Assembly (NCBI GenBank): GCA_951406725.2
Contig: OX597838.1
Coordinates: forward strand, 29,574,001 to 29,638,000
Length of the DNA: 64,000 bases
Reading direction: 5' to 3'
DNA from: Octopus vulgaris
Lineage: Eukaryota
Shown here: positions 13,029-28,159 of the stretch, piece after piece
How the letters are laid out: each line of letters starts with the position of its first letter
Numbering within the stretch: the first letter of the stretch is position 1
Program-made: the position numbers and the translations under genes
Notes under the pieces: model-generated
The model's input: only the letters and a program-made list of their open reading frames with translations
What the model was told of the DNA's origin: nothing
The model's database searches: none

Positions 13029-13384
13029 CCGGTGGCACATAAAAAGCACCATCTGAACGTGGCCGATGCCAGCGCCGCCCTTACTGGCTTCTGTGCCGGT
13101 GGCACATAAAAAGCACCATCCGAACATGGCACATAAAAAGCACCATCTGAACGGTGGCACGTTAAAAACTCCAACCGATCGTGGCCAATGCCGGACCCCC
13201 CTGGCACCTGTGCAGGTGGCATGTAAAAAGCACCCACTACACTTGGCGTTAGGAAGGGCATCCAGCCATAGAAACACTGCCATATCAGACTGGGCCTGGT
13301 GCAGCCTTCTGGCTTCCCAGACCCCAGTTGAACCGTCCAACCCATGCTAGCATGGAAAACGGACGCTAAATGATGATGATGATG

Positions 13385-13417
<33 letters not shown>

Positions 13418-13512
13418 TGTATATATGTATATATGTATGTATGTATATATATATATATACATATATATATATACATATATGCATATATATATATATACAT
13501 ATATATTTATGC

Positions 13513-13562
<50 letters not shown>

Positions 13563-13802
13563 ATGTGTGTATATATGTATTTACGTATGTATTTGTCCCC
13601 CCAACATCGCTTGACAACCGATGGTGGTGTGTTTACGTCCCTGTAACTTATCGCTTCGGCAAAAGAGACCGATAGAATAAGTACTAGGCTTGCAAAGAAT
13701 AAGCTCTGGGGTCAGTTTGTTTGACTAATGGCAGTGCTCCAGCATGGCTGCAGTCAAATGACACACAGACACACACAGACTGACATACCTACATACACAC
13801 AT

Positions 13803-13870
<68 letters not shown>

Positions 13871-14198
13871 CCGGTGGCACATAAAAAGCACCATCCGAAC
13901 GTGGCACATAAAAAGCACCATCCGAACGGTGGCACGTTAAAAGCTCCAACCGATCGTGGCTGATGCCGGACCCCCCTGGCACCTGTGCAGGTGGCACGTA
14001 AAAAGCACCCACTACACTCTCGGAGTGGTTGGCGTTAGGAAGGGCATCCAGCCGTAGAAACTCTGCCAGATCAGACTGGAGCCTGGTGCAGCCCCTGGCT
14101 TCCCAGACCCCGGTCGAACCGTCCAACCCGTGCTAGCGCGGAAAACGGACGATAAACGATGATGATGATGATGATGATGATGATGATATATGTATATG

Positions 14199-14442
<244 letters not shown>

Positions 14443-14538
14443 AACAGTTATTTACTTATTGAAATGACTATAAATTATTGGAAAGGGAGAGCGAGAAAGA
14501 GAAAGAGAGAGAATTCAGAATGAAAGAGAAAGCCAGAG

Positions 14539-14577
<39 letters not shown>

Positions 14578-14629
14578 AGTATTAGTCACTCATTTACTAA
14601 AGTATCTTAACAACTTCCAAATTATCAAG

Positions 14630-15290
14630 GGAGGGTGGTGGCAGTGGTGGTGGTCGTCGTCATCGTTGTGGAAGTGATGGCGGTGGTGTCGATGGTCATC
14701 GTCGTCATTGTGGTGGTGATCATTGAGGTGGCGGCGATAGTAGTGGTGGTCGTTGTGGTGGTGATGGTCATCGTCGTCGTCGTTGTGATGATGGTGGTGG
14801 TGGTGGTGGTGGTGGCTGTAGGCGTTGTGGTGGTGATGGCAGTGGTGGTGGTTGTGGTAGTTTAGTGGTGATATGGAAGTGGTAGTGATGGAACAAGCAG
14901 TCATGGTGTTCTGGTTTACATTCTTGCTGCTATTGTTGTTGTTGTTGTTGTTGTGTGGTGGTGGTGGTGGTGGTTGTGGTTGTGGTGTACAGGTGGTGGT
15001 GGAGTTGATGATGATGATAATGAAAGCAGTAGTGCTCATGATGGTGATGATGATGATGATGATGGTAGTGGTAGTAGTCATGATGATGATGATAATGATG
15101 TTGATGATGATGATGACAGTGATGATGATGATGGGTGTGATGATGATGATGACAACGGCAATGATAGTGATGGTGGTAATGACGATGATGAGGATGATGA
15201 CACCGACGTCGACGACAATCATGACTACAATGATGATGATGATGACGATGACGATGATGATGATGATGGTGGTGGCTGCGGTCATGGTGA
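14630..15290. repeat. Compound (GGT)n/(GAT)n microsatellite block
   Basis: Read directly; similar blocks at 12040-12520 and 19985-20580. Confidence 0.9.
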
Positions 15291-15545
15291 TACATTTCCT
15301 AAAACCTATCCTCACAAAGTTTTGTTCTGTAATTCCTTTTGCTACATAAATGCATTACTAACTCTCTCTCTCTCTCTCTCTTTCTCTCTTTCTCTCTCTC
15401 TCTATCCTATCTATCTATCTACCCTCTCTCTTCTTTGCTCTCCTTCTCTCCCCTCTTTTCCCAATCTCTTTCCCACACTCTCTTATTGTTTTGTGTATCA
15501 ATATAAAACTCTCACTTGTTACAATGAAACATATATATATATATG

Positions 15546-15798
<253 letters not shown>

Positions 15799-15809
15799 AA
15801 TTTATATAT

Positions 15810-15884
<75 letters not shown>

Positions 15885-15887
<3 letters not shown>

Positions 15888-16313
15888 AAGCAGAACCAAA
15901 ATCGAAGTCGATCAACATCAATGGAAATTGCAGCTGTGATACCAGTGCCGGTGACAAGTAAGCGAACCATCCGATCGAGGCCGTTGCCAGCACCGCCCCG
16001 ACTGGCCTCCATGCCGGTGGCACGTAAAAAGCACCATCCGATCGTGGCCATTGCCAGCCTTGCCTGGCACGTAAAAAGCACCATCCGACCATGGCCGTTT
16101 GCCAGCCCCGTCTGGCACCTGTGCCAGTGGCACGTAAAAAGCACCCACTACACTCACAGAGTGGTTGGCGTTAGGAAGGGCATCCAGCCGTAGAAACATT
16201 ACCAGATTTGACTGGACCTGATGAAGCCTTCTGGCTTCACAGACCCCAGTAGAACCGTCCAACCCATGCTAGCATGGAAAACGGACGCTAAATGGTGATG
16301 ATGATGATGATGA

Positions 16314-16315
<2 letters not shown>
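15885..16315 (+). mobile_element. RTE-tailed SINE-like element (family C) with internal gccggtggcacgtaaaaagcacc subrepeats and (GAT)n tail
   Basis: Related copies at ~13027-13385, 13870-14185, 23258-23490, 52452-52660, 53140-53500, 56480-57115 and 63878-64000 (+), and 8480-8975 and 41080-41440 (-). Confidence 0.85.
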
Positions 16316-16369
<54 letters not shown>

Positions 16370-17769
16370 GCACATATATGTGGAGGCACATGGCCTAGTG
16401 ATTAAAGGGGCGGACTTGGGATCGCGGGTTTGAATCTAAGATCAGGCAATGTGTGTGTTTATGATCAAAACACCTAAGCTCTACAAGGCTCCGGCAGAAG
16501 ATAATGGTGAGCTTCTGCTGACTCTTTTGCCACAACTTTCTCTCCCTCTTTCCTCCTGCATCTTGCAGCTCACCTGTGACGGACGAGCATCCCTTCCAGA
16601 TGGGGAACCTATACGCCAAGGAAACCGGGAAACCTGCCCTTATAAGCCAGGCATGACTCATGAAGGAACTAACAACAACAACAAAATATATACATACATA
16701 TATGACGGTGGACTCTCCCGTCAATTTTGACATATGAGGATCCGACAACATACTCTTTCTTTGGCAGTCATAATACTTATGTCGAATGTCGAATTTCGCC
16801 AAGGTCAACTTTGCTTTTCATCCTTTCGGGATTGATAAATTAAGTACCAGTTATGTACTGGAGTCAGTCAAATCGACTGGCCCCACCACCCTCACCAAAA
16901 GTTTTGGGCTTTGTGCCTAGAGTAGAATAGAAAAAAAAAACATTATTTATTTATTTTCTTGTGCATGCCTGGTGGGGCTTGTGAGGGGTCAAGGATGCCA
17001 TGAAGAGGTCAATGGTCTAAAATATCTGGTGACCCCTGCTGTAAAACATCTCCACTAACACGCCAACAATTCTGCCATTCTCCTGTCTTCAGAGTAACAT
17101 GAAATGAAGTGTTTTGCTGTAAAATATTATGCGTCTCCCAGTCCAGGAATTGAAACCTCAACAGCCTAGCTACTAAGTCACGCACCTCCACATGTATATA
17201 TCAGCTTCAATCTCCATTCACCAAGAGCTTTAGTGTATAATGGATCTTTGGACTTCTAAAGAAATGGCTGTGTGTGGTGCTTGTGCACTCATTCACACCA
17301 AGTATGTATGTGTGTGTGTATGTGTGTGTGTATGTATGTGTGTATGTATGAATATATGTATGTATGTGTGTATGTATGTGTGTGTGTATATGCATGTATA
17401 TGTGTGTATGTATATATGTATGTATGTGTATGCATGCATGATTGTATGTATGTGTGTGTGTATGTATGTATGTATGTATGTATGTATGTATGTGTGTGTC
17501 TATGTGTATGTATGTATGTATGTATGTATGTATTTATGCATGTATGTGTGTGTCTATGTGTATGTATGTGTATGTATTATGTTTGTGTATGTATGTAATT
17601 ATGTGCGTGTGTATGTATATATGTTTGTATATATATGTGTATGTATAATTATGTGTGCGTATGTATATATGTTTGTATATATACGTGTATGTATGTATGT
17701 GTGTGCATGTGGGTGTTTGTGACAGTGTGTTTGTGTCTGTGCAAGTGTATGTGTGTGTTTTTCTTTGAG

Positions 17770-18480
17770 TTTTGTTTAAATTCTTCTTGAGAGAGTTCAA
17801 GTTGGTCGCTGACAAACTGACAAAACTTCTTGAGTGAAGAGGGTTTCCAGTGTTTGTAAATATGTGGTTGCGTTGGTGTGTTGGCTGAACTGTCAATGCA
17901 CACACTCAAAGGTGCACATCTATTCACCAAAAGAATTTCAGATGGAGAATCTTTGGAATGTCACACAAATCTTCACAATGCCACCAACAGATTGCTGCTC
18001 TTCTTTTGAAAAACCCAGTATTTCGAGGTTTTTACATAAATTTGTGGGTTCATATCTTAACATACCTATGATAATTGGTACAAATGAAAATTTATAATCA
18101 GAGTACAAGAGTTCTAATTTCTGCCTTAATTCACTATAAATGTTCTCCTTTGATTGTACATTCACATCTGCTGGGCAGCTGACCTCTACAACAGTGCATG
18201 ACCTTGATTTCCTGTCCCACAGAACAATATCAGGTCTGTTATTTACATTATTTACATTTGGCAGATATTTGTCCTCATCTTGTTTGTTGTTAACACAACG
18301 TTTTAGCTGATATACCCTCCAGCCTTCATCAGGTGTCTTGGGGAAATTTCAAACCTGGGTTCTCATTCCTAAGGTATTTTTCATTATATTTTTTGAATAT
18401 CAGGTCTGTTATGTTTTTTCCCTCAATTGCTCTCCTTATTGGAGTGTTCCACCAGTATTCCTTGGTTTTAAAGGTCTGAA
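17770..18480 (-). mobile_element. RLE-type non-LTR fragment with a nested insertion at 18243-18395
   Basis: RPDIVLWD...VVEVSCPAD...FVPIIIG. The insertion is flanked by the 17-bp duplication aatatcaggtctgttat (18226-18242 and 18396-18412). Confidence 0.75.
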
Positions 18481-18511
18481 AACAATCTGGTTCTGACATG
18501 TCTAGTTATGT

Positions 18512-19228
18512 TTAACTCTTTCATTACTGTATTTATTTTGAGATGCTCTGTGTTTCTTTCAATTACTTTAAATATAACAAAGAATTTAGTAAAAGGGCTT
18601 AGTTATCATTCAGCTGGTGTTAGGAACATAAATTGCGACTAAGGTTTGGTGGAAGATTTTAATTCAAAACTTATGGAAACAAGACATGTGTACTCAGAGC
18701 CAGAGCCGCTTTCAGCTGGCTTGGTATCGAAAGGGTTTCTCTATTATATATTTTAGCCCTTTTGTTACCATATTTCTGTTGAGATGCTCTGTGTTTCTTT
18801 GAATTTTAAATATATCAAAGAAGTTAGTAAAATAACTTAGTCGTCATTCAGCTGGTGTTAGGAACATGAATTGTGTCTAAGGTTTGGTGGAAGATTTTAA
18901 TTCAAAACTTATGAAAACAAGACATTTGTACTCAGAGCCAGACCCAGTTTCAGCCGGGTTGGTAACGAAAGTGTTAAGAATTGTTTCTCTATTATATATT
19001 TGAACCCTTTTCTTACCATATTTCTGTTGAGATGCTTTGTGTTTCTTTCAATTAATTTTAGTTATAACAAAGAATTTAGTAAAATAACTTAGTTATCATT
19101 CAGCTAGAGTTAGGAACATAAATTGTGACTAAGGTTTGGTGGAAGATTTTAATTCAGAACTTATGAAAACAAGACATTTGTACTCAGAGCTAGAGCCAGT
19201 TTCAGTCGGGTTGGTAACAAAAGGGTTG
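18512..19228 (-). mobile_element. Array of three ~230-bp piggyBac-like MITEs
   Basis: Units are bounded by TTAA-CCCTT...AAGGG-TTAA-like ends. Confidence 0.8.
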
Positions 19229-19429
19229 ATAAAAAAATATCTTATTTACCTAAAAATAAAGTGTTTTGAATGGCATAACAATACACTATAATAACAATGA
19301 TGGGCAATAATAATTGTTGTAATTTAATTATCCATAGTCTGATATAATATTTTGGAATATAAAAATTCCTTCTTCAGATATCCCTAGGAATTGATGGAGT
19401 CATTGCTATAATTGGTTTTTCAACGGTTA

Positions 19430-19830
19430 AGTTTTAACTTCATCGCTTTTGAAATAGTCACCTCGTGCAGCAACACACCAGTCTCAGAGTTCCTGCCACT
19501 TTTGGAATCGGGCCTGGAAGTTGTTTTCCGTAAGCAAGTCGAGGACTTTCTCTGATTCCCTCATGATCTTGACAACGGTATTAAAACAGTAACCTTTGAG
19601 CTGGATTTTCATCTTGAGGAAGAGATGGAAGCCTGCAAGTACAAAACCTGGGGTATTGGGTGGGTGTAGAGGCAATACCATGTTGTTTTTTAGTGAGAAA
19701 CTCACGAGTGACGAGAGCTCAGTGACAAGGTGCATCATCGTCATAAAGAATCCGATTCTTCATATTCCACAGATGCAGCTGCTTTCATCAAATGTCACCC
19801 CTCAAACACTTCAAAACCTTGTTGATTGAC
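19430..19830 (-). mobile_element. Degraded mariner transposase fragment
   Basis: HPPNTPG..AGFHLF..MK..LKG..F...FQKW..GDYF resembles the mariner HPPYSPDLAPSDFHLF region. Confidence 0.7.
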
Positions 19831-21137
19831 CTTGAATGGACCTCATGCACAAAAGCTGATGAATTTGAACTTGGATCCATAGAATTACAAGGTGAGCTTC
19901 TTCGCCACAAAAAGTCTCAAACAGCACCCAGACCTCCTTCCCCCAAAACACAATGCAAACTCACCTGATTCCAGACCAGCTGACATATCACCACCACCAA
20001 CCCCATCACCAACACCACCACCACCACCACGACCGCCATCACCACCACTACTACCATCACTATCATCGCCATCACCACAGCACCACCAAAACCACCACTA
20101 CTACCACCACCACCACCACCACCACTACCATCACCACTACCACCACCAAAACCACCACTACTACTACCAGCAGCACCACCATTACCACTATCACTATCAC
20201 TGCCATCACCTCTACCACCACCACCACCACCACCACCCACCACCACCACCATCACCACTACCACCGCCAAAACCACCACTACTACTACCAGCAGCACCAC
20301 CATTACCACTATCACTGCCATCACCTCTACCACCACCACCACCACCACCACTACCATCACCACCACCACCATTACCACCACCACCACCATCACCACTACC
20401 ATCACCAAAACCAGCACTACTACTACCACCACCACCACCACCACCACTACCATCACCACCACCACCACCACCACCACTACCACTACCACTATCACCGCCA
20501 TCACCACCATCAGCTCTATCACCATCACCACCACCACCACCACCGCCTCCTCCTCAGCAATTACCTCCACCACTGTCATTAACCCCCACGTTTAGCCCCC
20601 TCCACCACCACCACCCCTCCCCTCCCCACCCTAACCCCCCCTTCCTCCTCCTCCTTACCAAACTAAAACAAACACTTCATAGAAGGACCAGGTCATGCAA
20701 GAAAGAGTTGGCAACCACAAGAAACGTACAAACAAGAAAACTGGTTTCACAGTAAACAACAAAAAAAAAAAAATTAAAAAAATTAAAAATAAACGAAAAC
20801 AAATATAACAAAAATAAAATAAATATTCAAAATATAATAAAGAAATGCCTCAAACATTCCAGTGCTTTTTGTTTGTTTGTTTGTTTTGCTCTTTTGACTG
20901 AGGCCAGGCTGGAGCACTGCTTTGGAGGATTTTTTTTTTTTTAGTCGAATAAATTGACCCCAAGACTTTTTTTTTTTTTTAAGCCTTGTACTTATTCTAT
21001 CAGTCTCTTTTGCTGAACTGCTAAGTTACGGTGACGTAAACACACCAACACTGGTTGTCAAGCGATTATGGTGGGGCTGGCCAAACACAGACACAAAGAC
21101 ACATACATAGATACACACAAACACACACACACATGTG

Positions 21138-21183
<46 letters not shown>

Positions 21184-21261
21184 TAAAAGGAATTCCAACC
21201 TTGTCTGATTTTCACGTTTTATTTACAATCTTATAATGATATAATATAAGATAATATAATA

Positions 21262-21660
21262 TCTTTATATATAAAAGTGAGGTTGTGTGCTGTCTGTCCC
21301 CTTCGATTTAGATTCCTAACTACTCCCACATTTTGTGGTGCAGTTTAACCAAATTCGGGTATCTTATAGTCGTGATTCATATCGAGCCCTTCTGGGTATT
21401 AGCGCGCGTCTACAATGAGTCTACGATTTAAAAAAAAATTTACCATCATTTTTTTCCATTTTAATGCATTTTTTTGCTATTATACAAGGGAAGTAACTCT
21501 CTAAAAATGTCTACGATGAGTCAGCGATTTTAAAAAAAATTTACCATAATTTTTTTTCCATTTTTAATGCATTTTTTTGCTATTTTTTGGCTATAACTCT
21601 CTAAAAATGCTTATATAGTTATTTCCCTTACAAACCCGAGCAACGCGGCGATACTGCTAG
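21262..21660 (+). mobile_element. Non-autonomous Helitron
   Basis: 5' TC and 3' CTAG termini, inserted between A and T, with a GC-rich subterminal hairpin region; carries a ~100-bp internal duplication. Confidence 0.8.
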
Positions 21661-22329
21661 TATATATATATATATTGATAAAGGATTCCAACCTTGTCTG
21701 ATTTTACATTTTATTTACAATCTAAGATAATATAATATAATATAAAATAAAATAATAGAATGTTAAATGTTCATTCTGAATGATCATTTAACATTCTATT
21801 ATATTATTTTATTTTATTTTATTCTATTATATTATATTATATCATTATAAGATTGTAAATAAAACGTGAAAATCAGACAAGGTTGGAATTCCTTTTATTA
21901 ATATATTCTTCTATACACAATCACACACACCCATATATATATCTATATATATATATACATATGATGATGGTCTTCTTTCAGTTTCCATTGCCAAATCCAC
22001 CCACAAGGCTTTGATTGGCCTGGGGCTGTAGTAGAAGACACTTGCACAAGGTGCCACACAGTAGAACTGAACCTGGAACCATGTGGTTGGGAAACAAACT
22101 TCCTACCACACAGCTTTGCCTGTTTTTTTTTTACTTGTTTTTGTTGCTAATTCTTTATGATTTGTTTTGTTTTTTAGTTTTGTTATAGAATCTTATGGAT
22201 TTGGCGGAAGCGTTAAAGTGTTGGATAAAATTACTCGTCCTTTCCTTCTTTGTAGCTTTTCCCATTCTAAGTTCAAATCCTGCCAAAGCTAATTTAACCT
22301 TCCATCCTTTTGGGGGTTGATGAATTAAG

Positions 22330-22920
22330 TTACCACTCAAGTACTGGGGTTTTTGCTGATTTTTGCAACACACCAAGGTTGTAGGGTGTTTCTAATGTTC
22401 CCAGATATTTCTTCAGGTTGGGTGGTATTGAACCCCATGCTCTGATAAATTAAGTTACCACTTAAGATCTGGGGTTTTTGCTGATTTTTGCAACACACCA
22501 AGATTGTAGGGTATTTCTAATGTTCCCAGATATTTCTTCAGGTTGGGTGGTATTGAACCCCATGCTCTGATGACAACAGGGACAACCTCTATGTTTGACC
22601 CCTCACAATTGTCACATCTTGGTGATCTCAGTTCTCAAGTTTCCATGTTGATCAACCCTTTTCTCTTTCTGTCAAGATATATCTTGACTCCCTGACACTG
22701 TCACTTCTATTACAAGGAATTCTTGTTTGTCCCTCTTAATCCAGCTATGTGGTAGGCTATCAAAAGCCTTTTTATAGCCTACCCAGGCTATTGACAAGTT
22801 TTTGTGTCGTTTGTGACAATCATCTAAGATCATCTTATTCATGAGCAGCTGATCTTTACAACCATAGGATCCACGTTTACATCTTTCTGCTCATTAGGGA
22901 ATATACTGCTTTCTATTAAA
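22330..22920 (-). mobile_element. Degraded R4/Dong-like RT and RLE fragments
   Basis: CKDQLLMNKMILDD, KKAFDSLPHSWI and GSIPPNLKKYL..LQKSA; includes a ~125-bp local tandem duplication. Confidence 0.7.
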
Positions 22921-23204
22921 AAACTATAGGTTACACCTGTGATTTAAAAAGGCAATATAAAAGGAGAAAGGGGCTCTCTACCCCCACTTTTTTTTACCAG
23001 GCTCCTGTTGGCTTTTATGGGGTTTTTTCCACCAGGAACCTTTCGTAACGCCTCCCCCTTTTGGGAGATTTTCATTGTTATAATCTTTCGTTGTTAAACT
23101 GTTTTTACTCGGATTTTTCACAAACGGACAAAACCCTTTGTAACCTTTTGTCCCTTTATGTGATAATTGATTTTTGTCAGCCCTTGTGGCCAATAAAAGA
23201 ATGA

Positions 23205-23254
<50 letters not shown>

Positions 23255-23499
23255 AAAACACCATCCGAGCGTGGCCATTCGCCAGCCTCGTCTGGCACCT
23301 GTGTCGGTGGCACATAAAATCACCCACTACACTCTCGGAGTGGTCGGTGTTAGGAAGGGCATCCAGCTGTAGAAACACTGCCAGATCTGACTGGCCTGGT
23401 GCAGCCTTCGGGCTCCCCAGACCCCAGTTGAACCGTCCAACCCATGCTAGCATGGAAAGCGGACGCTAAACAATGATGATGATGATGATGATTATTATT

Positions 23500-23660
23500 A
23501 GTTTTATCATTCACGTACACACAACAGATGAGACTACTGGAAAAGAAAAAAATCTTAACATTGGGCTACAACAAATAACCTTAGATGTCAAGAACCCTTC
23601 TAAGGATCCTAGCTGTCCCTAATAACACTGTTTTCTGGAGTTGTACTAAATTGGGATTAT
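23500..23660 (-). mobile_element. 3' end of an RLE-type non-LTR element
   Basis: QKTVLLGTARILRRVLDI*, flanked by (ATT)n. Confidence 0.7.
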
Positions 23661-24071
23661 TATTGTTGTTGTTGTTGTTGTTGTTATTACTAATATTATT
23701 ATTTCCATCCTGAGGGTTTTGGAAAGCCTCCTGTTGATCACTTTTTATGACAAATAAAAGAATCAGAATATTTCTTTTTGCTGCTGTTTGTTCTTTTGCC
23801 CACGTGTGTGTGTGTGTATGAGACTATGTGTATGTGTTTGAATGTGTGTGTGTGTGTGCGTGTGTATGAGACTATGTGTATGTGTGCATATGTGCGTGTG
23901 GGGGACATCTGTGTGTTTGAATGTGTGTGTGTATGAGACTATGTGTATGTGTTGGTGTGGGGGATGTCTGTGTGTTTGAATGTGTGTGTGTGTGTGTGTG
24001 TGCGTGTGTATGAGACTATGTGTATGTGTGTGTGGGGGGATGTCTGTGTGTTTGAATGAGTGTGTGTGTGT

Positions 24072-24108
<37 letters not shown>

Positions 24109-24210
24109 AGACTATGTGTATGTGTACATATGCCTGTGTGTTTGAATGCGTGTGTGTATGAGACTATGTGTATGTGTACATATGCCTGTGTGTTTGAATG
24201 CGTGTGTGTC

Positions 24211-24242
<32 letters not shown>

Positions 24243-24693
24243 TGTGTATGTATGTGTTTGACTCTGCCGTGTGTTTATACCCACTCGTTGAAATAACATT
24301 CCATATTCTGTCATTTTGGGTCAGTTTAGGTCAGAAAAGTGACACTGGTGATAAAAAGGAACAAATAAAAAAAAAACCAACAACTCCCACCATCAACACC
24401 TACACCACCACAACCACCTACAATACCACCTATTACAACCCACCGCCCCTACAACCACCACCACCACCCCTTCCACTATGACGTCCTGGTGTGACCTGCC
24501 TTGGATTGGAATTTCCCTTTATATACATATGTCTGTCTGTGAATTGTTTACTGCTTATTGAGTACATAATATGTGTATATATATGTATGTGTGTATGTAT
24601 CTATATATGTGTATGTGTGTATGAATATGTGTATGTATGTATATGGATGGATGGATGTGTGTGTGTGTGTGTGTGTGTGTCGGTGTATGTATG

Positions 24694-24726
<33 letters not shown>

Positions 24727-26147
24727 CACACATGAACATATATATACATGTTGTTTACCATCTATAGTTGAGTTCATAATTATATGCATACATACATGTA
24801 TACGTATAATTATGTGTATGTAGATGCATACACTCATACATACATACAAACATACGTACATATATCTATACATACATACATACATACATCATATAAACAT
24901 ACATACATACGTACATACATACATCATACAAACATACATACATACAAACATACATACAAACATACATACATACAAACATACATACAAACATACATACATA
25001 CATACATACATACATACATACAAACATACATACATACAAACATACATACAAACATACATACATACATACATACATACATCATACAAACATACATGCATCT
25101 ATATATGTATGTATATGTATATATACTTATGTGTGTGTATATACACACACACATCTACATACTATGTATATTAGGTAACACACCAAAGGAATTCATTCCA
25201 AACAAGAAAAAAGAAAAGAAAAGAACCTTCGAAGAATTCATAATTATTTTTGTTCCAAACCAAAACCTTTCCGTTAAATTCCCCAGAGAGAGAGAAAAAC
25301 ATGGCTGCTTCCTCCACAGATCCACGCATAGCTTTGCTTTGTGGTTCAGAACCTCACCTTCCAATTAGCTTTGTAGTTTCAGGTTCAATTCCACCTTGTG
25401 GTGCCTTGGGCCACTGTATTCTATCAATCTGTTGAGCCGACCGAGGATTTGTCATTGAAATTTGGTAGATGGGAACTGAGAAATTTTGGGAAGGGGGCCA
25501 TTCCTTGTTTTTTGGGGTTTTGTTTTTTAAGTGCAGTCGACTGAATTTGTTGCTCAGTTGACTCATGTCTAGGGTGACTCATGGGCAGAATGACTCATGG
25601 AAAGGTGGTCGTATTTTCTTAAATACGATAGTGAAACAGGAAAGGGTCTCAAAGAGATACGCATATAGATACAGGTAGGTGTGGCTTTGTGGTAAGAGGT
25701 TTGCTTCCGAAGCACATGGTTCCAGGTTCAGTTCCACTGCATGACTGCATGACACCTTGGGCAAGGTTTTTCTACTCTAGCCTTGGGCCAACCAAAGCCT
25801 TGTGAGAGAATTTGGTTGATGGAAACTAAAAGAAGCCCATCATATGTATGTATAAATGCGTGTTTGTATGTGTGTGTGTGTGTGTGTGTCTTTGTGTTTG
25901 TCTCCCCACCATCTTGGCCAGCCGATGTTGGTGTGTTTACATCCCTGTGATTGGTGGTTTGGCATAAAGAGACCAATAGAAATGGGTGCTGAGGTTGATA
26001 CACTCAACTAAAAATTCTTGAAGGAGGTGCCCCAGCATGGCCACAGCCTGATGACTGACACAAGTAGAAAAGAATATATAAACATAAGATGTATGTATAT
26101 ATATATGTATGTGTGTGTGTGTGTGCGTGTATATGTGTGAGAGAGAG

Positions 26148-26185
<38 letters not shown>

Positions 26186-26302
26186 AGAGAGAGTGTGTGT
26201 GTGTGTATGTGTGTGTATGTATATATATATGTATGTGTGAGAGTGTGTATGTATATGTATGTGTGTGTGTACATATATATATGTGTATGTATGTATATAT
26301 AC

Positions 26303-26334
<32 letters not shown>

Positions 26335-27183
26335 ATGTATATATATATAATGTGTGAGAGTGTGTGTGTGAGAGAGAGAGAGAGAGTGTGTGTATGTGTT
26401 AGAGAGAGAGAGAGAGAGAGAGAGAGATGGGCCTTGGATGCAGAGGACTTGAGAAGATCTGAAAGAAACGAAGTAAGATGCAAGAATGTGCATGAAGGGA
26501 TTCATACAAAGGTGGGTGGAGAGTCGGATGTAAGAGGTATGAGATGTATTCAAGGAAAAAAACTGCATTGGAATGGTTATGTGATGGGTACGAATGAGGA
26601 CAGCTGTATAAAGAAGTGTCATTCACTTAATATGGCTGGAACCTGTGGAAGAGGAAGACCCGGGTAGACTTGGACACATACAGGATTAGTGGTTTGAGAA
26701 TACCTTACATGCAACATGATTGGACCTTCAATCCAATTCCCATGCAATACTCAACCAGTCACAAGACAAGACTCAACAAGGTAGACTTGGGATGAAAGCT
26801 GGCCTCAAGAGCCTGGGTTCTCTGGCAATATGAGGTTCTGGAGAAGACTCACCCTCCCCATCAAAACTGATTTCTAAAAGTGTTATATTGGCACCTTGGG
26901 CAAGTGTCTTCTTCTATAGCCCCGGGCCGACCAAAGCCTTGTGAGTGGATTTGGTAGACGGAAACTGAAAGAAGCCTGTCGTATATATGTATATATATAT
27001 GTGTGTGTATGTGTGTGTATATGTTTGTGTGTCTGTGTTTGCCCCCCCTAGCATTGCTTGACAACCGATGCTGGTGTGTTTAGGTCCCCGTAACTTAGCG
27101 GTTCGGCAAAAGAGACCGATAGAATAAGTACTGGGCTTACGAAGAATAAGTTGTGGTGCACCTGAGCACTGTATACAATAATT

Positions 27184-27219
<36 letters not shown>

Positions 27220-27840
27220 TTTAAGTCCCGGGGTCGATTTGTTCGACTAAAGGCGGTGCTCCAGCATGGCCGCAGTCAAATGACTGAAACAAGTAAAAGA
27301 GTAAGAGTATTGGTTCCTCCACTTGGTACAGTGACTCCCTCTCTTCATGCACTATATCTATGTCTACTTCTTCTCCCTCCCTCTCTCTTGTCCTCCCACC
27401 ACCACCACCACCACCAGCAACTGTATCAGCTTTACTCCTCCCACTACTTGCTGCCTCCCCACTCTTTTGCATCCCCTTGTTTTCCGGAGTTCACAATTCT
27501 TGTCTTATCCACCCTTCAATGCTAACCATTTCGATGATCTGCCACCCCATCACTAAGCCTCCCACCCACTTCTACCCAGTTTGTGCCTTGTGGACACCGG
27601 GTTCCAAACACCACTTTTATAACAACAAAGTAATTTTTCTAAATTCTTCGTTATTATTAAACGGATTCGTTCACAATTTAGTTTCACTTTTGTTAAGACA
27701 ATTTACATTCACTTTTTTTTTACGACCGTAAACATTATTAGAACGATCCGAACCGCCACCAAAAGTGTTTCTTTTCTTTTCTTTTTCTTTTTTCAAACAC
27801 ATAGCATAATTGTAATCTACACCTTCGAAAACACACATCT

Positions 27841-27848
27841 CTATAAAA
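27841..27848 (+). promoter_or_regulatory. Possible TATA box of the VKORC1-like gene
   Basis: cTATAAAA ~135 bp upstream of the ATG; the AT-rich background makes this weak evidence. Confidence 0.25.
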
Positions 27849-27977
27849 TTTAATTTGAAATACGTATTTTACATAAAGTTATGAAGCCGGGGCCCTAATC
27901 AGTAGTTATGCCCTTTAAGTTCTAACACACCTGTGAAGAGTTATGCAAAAAGAAATACAATTAGTTGTCATCGAAAC

Positions 27978-28159
27978 ATGGCGGTGTCGATCATCAGTGC
28001 AAAGTTTACGAAATGTCTCTTATTTATTCTTTCTTTATTCGGCTTCATTCTCTCAATGTACGCATTTCATGTTGGGACAATCAAACAGAGAAACCATTCC
28101 TATGAACCATTGTGTGATTTTAGCCCAACTATGAATTGTTCCCAGATATTTACATCGCG
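27978..28159 (+). CDS. VKORC1: VKORC1-like coding exon 1 (TM1 and Cys loop)
   Basis: ATG in an aacATGg context; encodes LCD..CSQIFTSR; ends CG|gtaagt (phase 2). Confidence 0.93.

Noticed and set aside
19892-20755. 287-aa Pro/His-rich, extensin-like ORF
   Set aside because: It is a compound (CAC/CTA/CAT)n repeat open in several frames on both strands.
27221-27472. Minus-strand ORF MQKSGEAASS... as a possible divergent gene next to the VKORC1 promoter
   Set aside because: It runs into a SINE; removing the SINE gives an immediate stop. No usable in-frame donor or recognisable homology.
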